A stretch of 64,000 bases of DNA from Deltaproteobacteria bacterium (GTDB taxonomy: Bacteria; Myxococcota_A; Polyangia; Fen-1088). Positions 30,905 through 41,494 of the stretch are shown piece after piece (the first letter of the stretch is position 1; every line of letters begins with the position of its first letter). The notes beneath the pieces were generated by a model. It was not told the DNA's origin, did not search any database, and worked only from the letters and a program-made list of their open reading frames with translations. Both the position numbers and the translations under genes were made by a program. The DNA lies in contig JANRKS010000032.1 of assembly GCA_033763315.1 (NCBI GenBank), forward strand, positions 591,589 to 655,588, given 5' to 3'.

Positions 30905-31108
30905 CAATAGGTCTCCTTGAAGTGAATCTGCGCACCCACCGCGCGTGCAGGTCATCGACAAAAACGACCAAGGCTTTAGTCACCCGGGCGCAACAAGGTG
31001 ATTTGGGGATCACATGTCGCAGGGGCGCGCCGGCCCCAGCCGGCACACACCGCGGCTCTCGGCGCGCGGTCGGAACCATCTTCTGATGGTCGCTTCTTCT
31101 AATGATGG

Positions 31109-32044
<936 letters not shown>

Positions 32045-32097
32045 GCCTCGGACCCTACCGAAACACGTCGCCGACCGCTATGGTGAACGAGCTTGTC

Positions 32098-32880
32098 ATG
32101 ACCAAGAAACCGCGCATGCGTGCTGATGACGCTTTGGTGGAGCAAGGGCTCGCCGCGCGTGAGAAGGCACACGCCCTCATTTTGGCGGGTGAAGTGTTGT
32201 GGGACGACAAGCCCATTCACAAGCCTGGTGAACTGTTGCCCACGTCTGCCGTATTGCGTCTGCGCAGCGAGCCGCAACCTTACGTGTCGCGTGGCGGTCT
32301 TAAACTGGCGCACGCGCTCGACACATTTGCCATCGACGTGCGCGGCCTTGTGGCCGTTGACATCGGGGCCTCGACGGGGGGCTTTACTGATTGTTTGCTG
32401 CAAAGGGGCGCGGCGCGGGTTTATTGCGTGGATGTGGGCCATGGCCAACTTGCACATAAGGTGGCCATCGACCCGCGGGTGGTGGTGATCGATAAAACCA
32501 ACATCCGCCACATGCCGCCCGAGCGGCTGCCGGAGCGGCCCGCGCTGTGTGTGATCGATGTGTCGTTCATTTCTTTGCGCCTCGTTTTGCCCGCGCTGCC
32601 GCCGCTGCTTTTGCCAGGTGCGGCCGTGGTGGCTTTGGTAAAGCCACAGTTTGAGGTGAGCCGTGACAACATCGGCAAGGGGGGCATCGTGAGGGACGAT
32701 GTGGCGAGGCAGGGTGCGCTCACGGGCGTGGCCGAGGCCGCGCGCGCACACGGCTTCGTTGTGCTTGGTGACACGGTTTCGCCCATCACGGGTGGCAAAG
32801 GCAACGTGGAGTTTTTGCTTGGGCTAACAACACCTGGCCCCCAACCGCCAAACTTCGGGTTATCTTCGGCAACGTCATGA
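32098..32880 (+). CDS. tlyA: TlyA rRNA 2'-O-methyltransferase
   Basis: S4 domain; YVSRGGLKL; DIGASTGGFTD; DVSFISL; LVKPQFE; GGKGNVEF. Confidence 0.95.
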   Translation: MTKKPRMRADDALVEQGLAAREKAHALILAGEVLWDDKPIHKPGELLPTSAVLRLRSEPQPYVSRGGLKLAHALDTFAIDVRGLVAVDIGASTGGFTDCLLQRGAARVYCVDVGHGQLAHKVAIDPRVVVIDKTNIRHMPPERLPERPALCVIDVSFISLRLVLPALPPLLLPGAAVVALVKPQFEVSRDNIGKGGIVRDDVARQGALTGVAEAARAHGFVVLGDTVSPITGGKGNVEFLLGLTTPGPQPPNFGLSSATS

Positions 32881-33920
32881 AGATCTTGTTAACGGGGGCG
32901 GCCGGATTCATCGGCTCACATCTGGCAGAACGCCTATGCGCCCGCGGCGATCAGGTGGTTGGCTTCGACAACTTCGATGCGTTTTACCCGCGCGCCAACA
33001 AAGAGCGAAATCTGACCAAGCTGCGCAAAGACAGTCGGTTTGCGTTGGTCGAAGGCGATCTGACGGTTCCCGGCGATCTTGATCGTGCCTTCACAGCCGC
33101 TGGCGGCCTGGTGGATGTTGTTGTGCACTTAGCCGCCTTGGCCGGCGTGCGGCCGTCGCTGAGCCAACCGGCGCGTTACGCCGAAGTCAACGTCACCGGC
33201 ACGGTCAACGTGTTCGAGGCGGCGCGCAAACGCGACGTAAAGAAGGTTGTGTTCGCTTCGTCGTCCTCGGTCTACGGGGCAGGCAGCGTGGTGCCGTTTA
33301 CGGAAACGGATGTTTGTGCCCAGCCGTTGTCGCCCTATGCGGCCACCAAGCGCGCTGGTGAATTGATGGCGTTCACAGAAAACCACGTGCATGGCACCGG
33401 CGTCACCTGCTTGCGCTTTTTCACCGTGTACGGCCCGCGCCAACGGCCCGATCTGGCGATTGCCAAGTTCACGCGCTTGATTGCGCTAGGGCAACAGATT
33501 GAGCTTTATGGCGATGGTCTCACCTCGCGCGATTACACGTGGGTGGACGACATCATTGATGGCGTGGTCGCGTCCATCGATCAGATGGCACGCGAACCTC
33601 AAGGACGCTTCCGCATCTACAATTTGGGTGGCTCCCAGACCACCACACTCAAAGGTTTGGTGGACATGATCGCCAAGGCGTTGAACAAAACGCCGCTGCT
33701 TGCTTGGAAGGCGGAGCAGCCGGGCGACATGAAACACACGCACGCCGATGTGGCGCTGGCAGGCCGGGAACTTGGTTACGCGCCCAAGGTGCATATCAGC
33801 GCGGGCATCGAACGGTTTGTTGCCTGGTGGTGCACTGAGCACGCGGGCGAAATCAAGGCCGAAAAGCAGCGGATCGGCACGCTGCCGTACGGCGCCGATG
33901 TGAAGCCAGACGTTATTTAG
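32877..33920 (+). CDS. NAD-dependent epimerase (UDP-glucuronate 4-epimerase-like)
   Basis: TGAAGFIG, HLAALAGVRPS, ASSSSVYG, YAATK, RFFTVYGPRQRPD. Confidence 0.92.
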   Translation: MKILLTGAAGFIGSHLAERLCARGDQVVGFDNFDAFYPRANKERNLTKLRKDSRFALVEGDLTVPGDLDRAFTAAGGLVDVVVHLAALAGVRPSLSQPARYAEVNVTGTVNVFEAARKRDVKKVVFASSSSVYGAGSVVPFTETDVCAQPLSPYAATKRAGELMAFTENHVHGTGVTCLRFFTVYGPRQRPDLAIAKFTRLIALGQQIELYGDGLTSRDYTWVDDIIDGVVASIDQMAREPQGRFRIYNLGGSQTTTLKGLVDMIAKALNKTPLLAWKAEQPGDMKHTHADVALAGRELGYAPKVHISAGIERFVAWWCTEHAGEIKAEKQRIGTLPYGADVKPDVI

Positions 33921-34926
33921 CGGCGCCCTTGCGCACGCGCACAAGCTTCGAGACGCGTCCGTGGGCGTTCCAATCCTCAACGTAGAGGTTGCCGTCTTTG
34001 TCCCACGCGGCGCCATGAGGCGCGGTGAATTGGCCATCTTTCCACTTATCGGGCGCCACATCGTACTTGCCACGTAGGTCGGGGTTTTCGTTGTCACCCA
34101 GCTGCGCCACAACCTTGAAGTCTTTGTCGAAGATGGAAACGCGGCCCTCGAGATCGACCACCAGCAATGAATCGCCTTGGGTCACAACCTTAGACGGTCG
34201 CCGCAAATCTTCGGTGACTGCAGAGACAAAGTCGCCGTTCAAGGTGAACAACTGCAAACGATGGTTCTGTCGATCGGCCACCACCACACGTGGCTCGGGG
34301 CCGCGCAGATCCAACCCCACGCCGTGCGGCTCTTTGAACGCGCCGCCTTCCCTGGCGCTGCCATTCCATGACTGCAACCACTGGCCTTTGGCATCGAATC
34401 GATGCAGCCAGAAGCGCCCATAGCCATCCACTACATAGATATCACCATTGGGCGCCACATCGAGAGCGGTGGGCAGATACTCTTCGGCATTCTTATACAT
34501 GCCGTTGGCGGTGGGGTAGGGGATGCTCATCAGCTCACGCCCATCCAACGAGAATTTGATCGCTGCGTGGCGTTTGAGATGCGCCACCCACAACACTTCC
34601 GTGTTGCCTTCCATGGCCAACCGCAAACCATGGCTGCCACCGCCCAAGTTATGGCCCCACACCTTTGAGATGCGGCCGTCCGGCTCGGCCACAACGATCG
34701 CATTGTTGGTGTCGGTGCTGAAGATCACATGGCCTTGACGATCAATCACAACGTCGCCATGCGTTTGACCCACCGTCATGCCGGCCGGCAATTTGAGCCA
34801 ATCCTTTTGCCAACGATACGTATGCCTGCCTTGGCCCACGATCAATGAGGCGTCTTTGGTTTGTGCTTGCGTGACAGCGGGCAAAGCAACAAGGGCGGCG
34901 AACGTGGCAAAGAGGCGCAGTTTCAT
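33913..34926 (-). CDS. Secreted NHL-repeat beta-propeller (peptidylglycine lyase-like)
   Basis: Signal peptide; PTALDVAPNGDIYVVDGYG, PHGVGLD, VADRQNHRLQ, PHGAAWDKDGNLYV. Confidence 0.82.
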   Translation of the reverse strand: MKLRLFATFAALVALPAVTQAQTKDASLIVGQGRHTYRWQKDWLKLPAGMTVGQTHGDVVIDRQGHVIFSTDTNNAIVVAEPDGRISKVWGHNLGGGSHGLRLAMEGNTEVLWVAHLKRHAAIKFSLDGRELMSIPYPTANGMYKNAEEYLPTALDVAPNGDIYVVDGYGRFWLHRFDAKGQWLQSWNGSAREGGAFKEPHGVGLDLRGPEPRVVVADRQNHRLQLFTLNGDFVSAVTEDLRRPSKVVTQGDSLLVVDLEGRVSIFDKDFKVVAQLGDNENPDLRGKYDVAPDKWKDGQFTAPHGAAWDKDGNLYVEDWNAHGRVSKLVRVRKGAAK

Positions 34927-34985
34927 GAGGGCGCATCTTGCAAAGCATCTTTAGCGAAGGGCAAGAGCATTTCGCCCCAGATGCC

Positions 34986-35023
34986 AAGAAAAATGAATGT
35001 GGCACCAGGCGCGTTGGTGCCAC
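34986..35023 (-). terminator. Hairpin, likely terminator of the kinase-to-cytochrome operon
   Basis: GTGGCACCA-7 nt-TGGTGCCAC, then ATTCATTTTTCTT on the minus strand. Confidence 0.55.
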
Positions 35024-35035
35024 GTGGAAATCAAA

Positions 35036-35701
35036 TTAACGCAAGGATTCGGGTCGCCGTGGATACAGGCTTGGCGGGAAACGGCCTTCGATGCCGCCTG
35101 ATTGATATTCCAAGAAGTACAAGATTGCCCAAATCAGCTCTTTGGAAAGCTTGCCTTTCCACACGGGCATCTCTGATTCAACACCGTCTTTATCGGGACC
35201 ACCGTTGTAAATGATATTGAACACTTGCTGGTAAGGACGGCGTGCGCCAAAAAACAAACCTGTTCCCACGCCCCATCCGGGCGCCGGCGGGGGCATGGTG
35301 GACGCGTCTTCAATGTTGCGGCGGCCACCGTGGCACTCGTTGCACAACGACGTCCAAATGGCGACGGCCTCCGTGGATGTTTGGTTGTCCCAGAACACCC
35401 GTGGCGCTTGCCGATCCGAAATCGCTGCGTCGCGATCGCGGGCCTGCGACTCGCTGATGCCCAGTCCTGAAGATCGCAGCGGCCACCACGCCTCCGAAAT
35501 GTGGATGGGCAGCTCTGATTCCTCGTGAGCCACGGCCTTCTTTTTGCTTGGCTTGCGCGACAAAACGAACGCGCTGTCGCTGGCCGCCGCCTTAGACTCG
35601 CCTGGCTCGATCGTTCTGACGGGCGGGGTTTGTACCGGGCTGCAACTGATGGTGGTCAGTGCAGCCGTGAAGGCAAACAGGGATTGTTTTCGCATTTTCA
35701 T
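35036..35701 (-). CDS. Monoheme c-type cytochrome lipoprotein
   Basis: Lipobox TISC; CNECH; MPVWKGKLS (class I Met ligand motif). Confidence 0.82.
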   Translation of the reverse strand: MKMRKQSLFAFTAALTTISCSPVQTPPVRTIEPGESKAAASDSAFVLSRKPSKKKAVAHEESELPIHISEAWWPLRSSGLGISESQARDRDAAISDRQAPRVFWDNQTSTEAVAIWTSLCNECHGGRRNIEDASTMPPPAPGWGVGTGLFFGARRPYQQVFNIIYNGGPDKDGVESEMPVWKGKLSKELIWAILYFLEYQSGGIEGRFPPSLYPRRPESLR

Positions 35702-36675
35702 TCGTAGGATCCGTAGGCGCGGTTTTGTTTGTTTTTGTGCCCGCGGGCTTTGGGCTCAAGCTTCATGTCCACTTCAGCCACACCACCGCCATCCAGTTCA
35801 ACCCATTGCGTGGTCAAGCGCGATCCAGGTGACCACACCACGATCTTGCGTTTGCCGCTGGGAACGTTATTGATCTCGAATGTGCCATCGGCTTTGACCT
35901 TGGCGAAGTGGCGGTTCGGTACAACCAACATGTTTGCCGCCATCTGCGGGTGAATGTTGCAGAACACATCCACGGCGCCCGCTTCATTGAAGGTGTGTGC
36001 CTTGGGTTCGCCTGCGGCGTTATAGAGGCCAAGGTCGAACGAGTTGCCCGAACTCAGCGAAAACACGTTGTGGTAAACCTTATCGAGGTTCGGAAACACT
36101 ATCGTGGTTCCGCGTTGAACCACAGCCCAGGATGGAACGAACTGCTTGTCCCTTTGTTCCACAACCACCTTCTCGTTCTTCACCGGGGATGCAAACACGT
36201 TCTCAACGTAGGCGTAAGCGATGGGTTCGCCTTTAGGCACCTCCACCTTGCCGCGCACAACGCCAACGGCGGGCGCCGCTGCCATGGGCACCTCGCGTCG
36301 CCGCGCAGGCTGACCCTTGCCACCGGCTTTGCCTTCGCCTCGTCGAGGCGCTTCTTCGCGTGCGGCGGGTTCGGGCAAGCTTGGCGCCTCATCAGACGAC
36401 ACCGCTGGGGGCGGCGGCGCACCCTTAAGAGCACGCGCCGTGATGTCGGTGCTTTGCCGATGCAACTCAGCCAGATCCGTCAAGGCCGATTGCAGCGCCT
36501 GCACTTGTGAACGCAGTTGACGAATCTCGCGCTTCATTTCCTCGACGTTTGCTCCATCGCCAGGGGCATCCGCAGCCGACGCTGGGATTGATGCCGCTGA
36601 TGCGATGGCAAGCGCGATCGCGATTATCTTGATGTTCATGGTGTTCTTGATCCTCTCTCTCGTTTGATCGTTCAT
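35698..36675 (-). CDS. Exported coiled-coil + cupredoxin (type-1 Cu) + carboxypeptidase-regulatory-like protein
   Basis: Signal peptide; coiled coil; FPNLDKVYHNVFS and FCNIHPQM (His, Cys, His, Met); DGTFEINNVPSG. Confidence 0.82.
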   Translation of the reverse strand: MNDQTRERIKNTMNIKIIAIALAIASAASIPASAADAPGDGANVEEMKREIRQLRSQVQALQSALTDLAELHRQSTDITARALKGAPPPPAVSSDEAPSLPEPAAREEAPRRGEGKAGGKGQPARRREVPMAAAPAVGVVRGKVEVPKGEPIAYAYVENVFASPVKNEKVVVEQRDKQFVPSWAVVQRGTTIVFPNLDKVYHNVFSLSSGNSFDLGLYNAAGEPKAHTFNEAGAVDVFCNIHPQMAANMLVVPNRHFAKVKADGTFEINNVPSGKRKIVVWSPGSRLTTQWVELDGGGVAEVDMKLEPKARGHKNKQNRAYGSYE

Positions 36676-37616
36676 CACGCTGGCTCCTGGTTTGCCTTGC
36701 GCAAGCCCAGCCAAAGCACCACGGCGAACGTGATGCACATGAATACGGCGGGGGCCCATGTGGCGACTTTTAGAAGTCCAACGCGCTCAACATGTTGGTA
36801 GTGCGGCACGAGCCACACGGTTTTGCCTGCGCTTGCCATGTTGCTCACGGGCGAGGCACTGGCCAGATAGTCCCTGTCGCTGCGAACCAGCCGCTGCTCG
36901 CCCTCGGCAAGGTCTGACGCCAAACGGAAGGCGTTAAGGACAGAGGGGTTATCCGAAATCTTCGATACAACTTTATCGCCCACCACCACCGCACCCTGCG
37001 CGCCCAGTGCCTTTTCGATGCCAGTGAACGATGATTCACCAAGCTCAAAGCCCATCATGAATAGCGCTGCAACCTCATCGCCCGTGCGGATGGGTGCCAC
37101 ACCAAGCACGCGCACCTTGTTGGTGAACGTCCAGATATATGTGGAGGGGTTCTCCAGGGCGGCCTTGACCAGTGAAGATGAACCTAGATCCAGGTTGCGC
37201 ATTTCATCGGCCCCTACGACCGAGCGCACCTTGCCTCTGGTGTCGAGCACCGCCAGCACGCTTGCGTTCGATGATTTTTGCAAGTCCGTGAGCACGTCCG
37301 TGATGGTGGCCTCATCCAACTCAGGGGTGATGACGGTGGAACGGATGCGCGTGTCTTCCGCCAGCACGTTCACCTCTGACAGCAGATGCCGACGCTGTTG
37401 CTCAACAAACTGCGCCAACAGCGCGTTCGATTGCCTCAACGTGTCTGCATCCATTTGGTTGAGCAAAGACGTCACTTGGCGGTCCATCGCCCACGCCGCC
37501 AGACTGGTGAGCACCAATAGCGCCGTGACCGACGCGATGGCGGCCACTGGCTTGGGCCGCTCCACGCGTGTCACCGCTTGTGGCGATGAGTACATCTGAA
37601 ATTTGGCAACCGTCAT
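36675..37616 (-). CDS. Two-TM protein with Cache-like periplasmic domain and no cytoplasmic output domain
   Basis: TM, long helix LAEDTRIRS, AVLDTRGKV, VAPIR...MGFEL, second TM, then a ~8-aa tail. Confidence 0.6.
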   Translation of the reverse strand: MTVAKFQMYSSPQAVTRVERPKPVAAIASVTALLVLTSLAAWAMDRQVTSLLNQMDADTLRQSNALLAQFVEQQRRHLLSEVNVLAEDTRIRSTVITPELDEATITDVLTDLQKSSNASVLAVLDTRGKVRSVVGADEMRNLDLGSSSLVKAALENPSTYIWTFTNKVRVLGVAPIRTGDEVAALFMMGFELGESSFTGIEKALGAQGAVVVGDKVVSKISDNPSVLNAFRLASDLAEGEQRLVRSDRDYLASASPVSNMASAGKTVWLVPHYQHVERVGLLKVATWAPAVFMCITFAVVLWLGLRKANQEPA

Positions 37617-39472
37617 TCGGTCCTCCCGTGTTTGATAGATACGATTTGCTCGCCAGGCTTGATCTGGACTTGCTGTGAAAACACAACTTGATCGGCGCTC
37701 TCGACGCGCAAGCGATGTTCACCCACCGGCACCATGAAGGGCTGTGCGGCGCCCGGCATCTCAACGTCATCAACGTAGACCCGGGCCTCTGCAGGCAAAC
37801 CGCGAAGAACCACACGTCCGTCGGACTCAATCATCTTGAACACCTGCGGTGGCGATTTACCGGCCACCACGGAAAGGCGGCGATCTTCGGTCTTGTAACC
37901 GGCCTTATCGAGGTGAAGCGTGATCTGTCGACCAACCTTGAGGCCACGCAGAACTGCTGGCGTCGTTAGCCCGCTTGGTTCGCCATCCACAAAGATGATT
38001 GCACCCGAGGGATCGCTTTGCACTTCGATGGCGCCCATTGTGGTGGTCTGTTGCGTAGAACCCGCCCAACGAGGAGCTTCCTGTCGCAATGAAAACCCAA
38101 CGACGATGGCCACAACCGCCGCCGTGCCAGCGGCAATCATCCAAACCGGTGTGCGTGAACGTTTGGTGATGTGTGTGGCCCCGTGGCTTGCGGCACGGCT
38201 GACCTCTGTTGCTGGCAATGGTGTCTCCGCGGAGGCCCGCAACCCCGCGCGTGGAACCGCGGCGTCGGCTGCTCCCACTTGACCACCGCTGATTCGCTCA
38301 GTGGCAACATGGTCCGCGCTGGGGCGTTGTGTGGACCACAGAGCGCGCGGTTGTGCTGATAGGCTTCTGCCTGGAGCCGGCATGCCTGCGGCCGTCACCA
38401 GCCTTCGTACCTTTAGCTGCTCAAGCGCCGCTTCCACTTCTGTGCCTTGCGCGATCGCCTTTTTGAGGGCGGCGCGGTTTGGCTCAAACAGCGACTCCAT
38501 CCACAAGCCGATGCTTTTCGAGGTAGGCCGTTGTTGCCTTTGTACCAAGAACGCGTCGAGGGCTTCTGAGAGCTCGTGCGCGCTTTGAAAGCGCGCGCGT
38601 GGATCGCGGCTTAAGGCCCGCATCGTGATCGCGTCAAGATCGCGAGGCACATCGGGCCTCAAAGTGCTGGGGGCCGCGATTGTTTGCGACCGTACGGCGT
38701 CCATGGTTTGTGCGTCGTTTGGTTTCGCGAACAAGCTGCGGTTTGTGAGTGCCTCCCACAGCACGATGCCAAGGCTGAAGATGTCGGTGCGCCGATCGAC
38801 GTCGCCGCCGGTGATTTGCTCTGGCGCGCAATAGGCGTACTTGCCTTTGAACACCCCAGGGCTGGTTTGGGTGCTGCCTGGCGCGTTTTTCACAATGCCA
38901 AAGTCAAGCAGCTTGACCATCCCGTAATAGGTCACGAAGATGTTCGAAGGGTTGACGTCGCGGTGAACCAACCCTACGGGCTTGCCCGAGGGTTCACGGA
39001 TGTCGTGAGCGTAATGAAGGCCATTGGCGCTTTGCTGCGTGAGAGCCACAGCGATCTCCACCGTCATGGGTTCGCTGCGTTGACACGCTAAAAGAATCGC
39101 GGCCAGATCTTCGCCTGGCAAATACTCCATGCTGATGAAGTAAGAGCCATCGGCTTCACCCAACTCGTAAGTTGCGACGATGTTCGGGTGCTCTAAGCGC
39201 GCCGCCATACGTGCTTCATTGAGGAACATGTCTTCAAACTGCGGGCTATTGGCGAGGTGCGGAAGAATTCGCTTAACGGCCACGATCTTGGAGAAGCCCT
39301 GGATGCCTTGTTGTTCTGCAACGAACAACTGTCCCATGCCTCCTTGTCCAAGCAATCCGCGCAGTCGGTAGCGACCAAACGCTTCGCCTTGTCCTTGGCT
39401 CTTGAAAGCTTCCACTTCACAAAGTCGTTTCGGCCAATCGCGAGATGACTTAAGAGAAAAGATCACAAACAC
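37613..39472 (-). CDS. Membrane Ser/Thr protein kinase with PEGA domains
   Basis: GQGGMG, AVKRI, HRDVNPSN, DFG, YCAPE, DIFSLG; TM; SDPSGAIIFVDG. Start may be GTG ~39416. Confidence 0.93.
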   Translation of the reverse strand: MFVIFSLKSSRDWPKRLCEVEAFKSQGQGEAFGRYRLRGLLGQGGMGQLFVAEQQGIQGFSKIVAVKRILPHLANSPQFEDMFLNEARMAARLEHPNIVATYELGEADGSYFISMEYLPGEDLAAILLACQRSEPMTVEIAVALTQQSANGLHYAHDIREPSGKPVGLVHRDVNPSNIFVTYYGMVKLLDFGIVKNAPGSTQTSPGVFKGKYAYCAPEQITGGDVDRRTDIFSLGIVLWEALTNRSLFAKPNDAQTMDAVRSQTIAAPSTLRPDVPRDLDAITMRALSRDPRARFQSAHELSEALDAFLVQRQQRPTSKSIGLWMESLFEPNRAALKKAIAQGTEVEAALEQLKVRRLVTAAGMPAPGRSLSAQPRALWSTQRPSADHVATERISGGQVGAADAAVPRAGLRASAETPLPATEVSRAASHGATHITKRSRTPVWMIAAGTAAVVAIVVGFSLRQEAPRWAGSTQQTTTMGAIEVQSDPSGAIIFVDGEPSGLTTPAVLRGLKVGRQITLHLDKAGYKTEDRRLSVVAGKSPPQVFKMIESDGRVVLRGLPAEARVYVDDVEMPGAAQPFMVPVGEHRLRVESADQVVFSQQVQIKPGEQIVSIKHGRTE

Positions 39473-39728
39473 AGGTCACGCACTGACCTCGATGGCTCAA
39501 GTTTTAAAATTCGCTGACGAGACAACCCGACGTCGCGCTGAGGATCATCTGCAAGCGCGTTAAGTGCGTCGCTTCAATCAACAAAAAGCGACGCTTTTCT
39601 CGGGAATATTGCGTCTGATCGACGTACACGCGTCACCACCATGGTCTGCAATTCGTGCGTGCGACCATGAAGACAACACCATTTGGTAACGCTCGTGTCG
39701 TCGCACATGTCAAAGGTGCCGTCGGATT

Positions 39729-41390
39729 TTGAAAAACGTAACGACAAGGAAACTGCGCGATGTTGTCAAACGCAAACCAGGCGATGCGCGCGCATGGTTT
39801 GCCCTCGGACAAGCCGCGCTGGAGTGCGGCGAGATCGAAGATGGCAGGCACGCGCTTCGGCACGCTGGTGAAGTGTCGCTTTACGATCCTGATCTCTGTA
39901 TCTCTGCCGCAAATCTATTTGTTAAGGCAGGATTCTTAGCTGACGCGGAGGCCGTGCTGCGCCATGTGGTTGAACATCATCCTGTGGAGCTTGAAGGCCG
40001 CGCGGGCCTTGCGCGCCTGTTGTTGGAGACGGGGCGCGCCACCGAAGCCGCACGCGAGGGCGCTGTGGCGCTGCGCATTTCGCCCAACAGCATCGACCTA
40101 CGTCTGTTGGCCGCGGAAATCAACGAACGCACGGGTGCTCTTGCCGCGGCGGCAGATCATCTAGCCGTCGTGTTGACGGCGCAACCCGCGCACGTTGAAG
40201 GAAACCGCAGCCTCGCTCGGATCCTGATGAGCCTTGGCGATGTTCCTGGTTCGATCAGATGTTTGCGTCGCGTGGTTGGCGCCACGCGTGGCGAGGATTT
40301 CGATTTGTTGACGCTGCTGGGACAAGCGCTGTCAAGCAACGGCCAGCATGCAGAAGCGGTGCAGATGTTGAACGACATCGCACACAAGATGCCGAACTTC
40401 AGCCCTGCCTTCGCAAATCTAGGCATGGCGCTTGTGGCTGCCACGCGCCTTGAAGAAGCCGTGGAAGTGCTTCTGCGCGCTCTTGAACTTGATCCTCGCT
40501 CCGCGCAAGCGCATTGCGGCTTGGGAATTGCGTACCAAAAACTTGGTAAGTGGGAGGAGGCCGTCGAAGCCTTTCGGGCCACTGAGCAGCTTGCGCCTGA
40601 CAACGCTGTGGGATCGCTGAACCTCGGCTTGGCGCTTGATGCTGTGGGCGACAAAGACGGAGCGCGGCGCGCTTTGCTGCGTGCCGCCGCCGTGGCGCCC
40701 GAAGATGAAGAGATCAGCCGCGCGTTGGAAGAGTTCTTGTTGAAGACGTCGCCGTCAGTCTCACCGGCCACACAAGCAAGTGCATCGCCCGCACCGGCGC
40801 CGCCCGCGTCACTGTTGTCGACCAGCGAGATCCAGGCCTTGGCGCCGCAGTCGCTGCACTTTGAGGCCTCTATCAAAGGTGATCTAAAGAGTTTTCAGCT
40901 GTTCGACGTGCTTGAGTTCCTGCGGCTGCAAAACAAGACAGGATCGCTTGTTATCTCGGCCCCAAGTGGCGCTGGCATCGTTCGCATGGTTGGCGGCGCG
41001 GTGGCTTGGGCGTCCGCGCCAGGGCTGCGACGGTTGGGCGAAACGCTGGTCGACGCTGGCGTGATCAGCAAGGGCAATCTGGAATTTGCCCTGGGGCGAC
41101 AGCGCGAGGCCGAAGAGCGCGGACCACATCAAGGAGCACACAGCTTCGATCCACTGGGGCTTGTGCTGCTGCGAGAGCGCCTCGTCACACGCGAGCTGCT
41201 CTCGAAATTTGTCTTCAAGCGAATCATGGACGCGCTGGCGCAGATGGTCTCGTGGCCCGCGGGCGCCTTTTCATTTCACGACGCTGATTCAAGTGAATCG
41301 CCACCCATCAGCTTCAATTTGCAGGAAGTGATGCTGGATCTCATGCGTGTCATCGACGAGCAGAACAACCCCAGCGCGCCCACATCGTGA
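39729..41390 (+). CDS. TPR-repeat protein with C-terminal DUF4388 domain
   Basis: Multiple TPRs (AFANLGMAL, AHCGLGIAY); KGDLKSFQLFDVLEFL...KTGSL...LGETLV...WPAGAFSF. Confidence 0.82.
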   Translation: MKNVTTRKLRDVVKRKPGDARAWFALGQAALECGEIEDGRHALRHAGEVSLYDPDLCISAANLFVKAGFLADAEAVLRHVVEHHPVELEGRAGLARLLLETGRATEAAREGAVALRISPNSIDLRLLAAEINERTGALAAAADHLAVVLTAQPAHVEGNRSLARILMSLGDVPGSIRCLRRVVGATRGEDFDLLTLLGQALSSNGQHAEAVQMLNDIAHKMPNFSPAFANLGMALVAATRLEEAVEVLLRALELDPRSAQAHCGLGIAYQKLGKWEEAVEAFRATEQLAPDNAVGSLNLGLALDAVGDKDGARRALLRAAAVAPEDEEISRALEEFLLKTSPSVSPATQASASPAPAPPASLLSTSEIQALAPQSLHFEASIKGDLKSFQLFDVLEFLRLQNKTGSLVISAPSGAGIVRMVGGAVAWASAPGLRRLGETLVDAGVISKGNLEFALGRQREAEERGPHQGAHSFDPLGLVLLRERLVTRELLSKFVFKRIMDALAQMVSWPAGAFSFHDADSSESPPISFNLQEVMLDLMRVIDEQNNPSAPTS

Positions 41391-41494
41391 GGCCGTGAGC
41401 GCAGCATCAACCCACTACGGAACCTCGCTACATGTTTTCACACACAAAGACCAAAAGTCCGTTCGGTATCAACATCCACACACAGGGTCGAATC

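Noticed and set aside
39473-39500. c-di-GMP-I riboswitch suggested by GGTCACGCAC
   Set aside because: Lacks the GGCAAA, GNRA loop and GCAAAG core; chance match.
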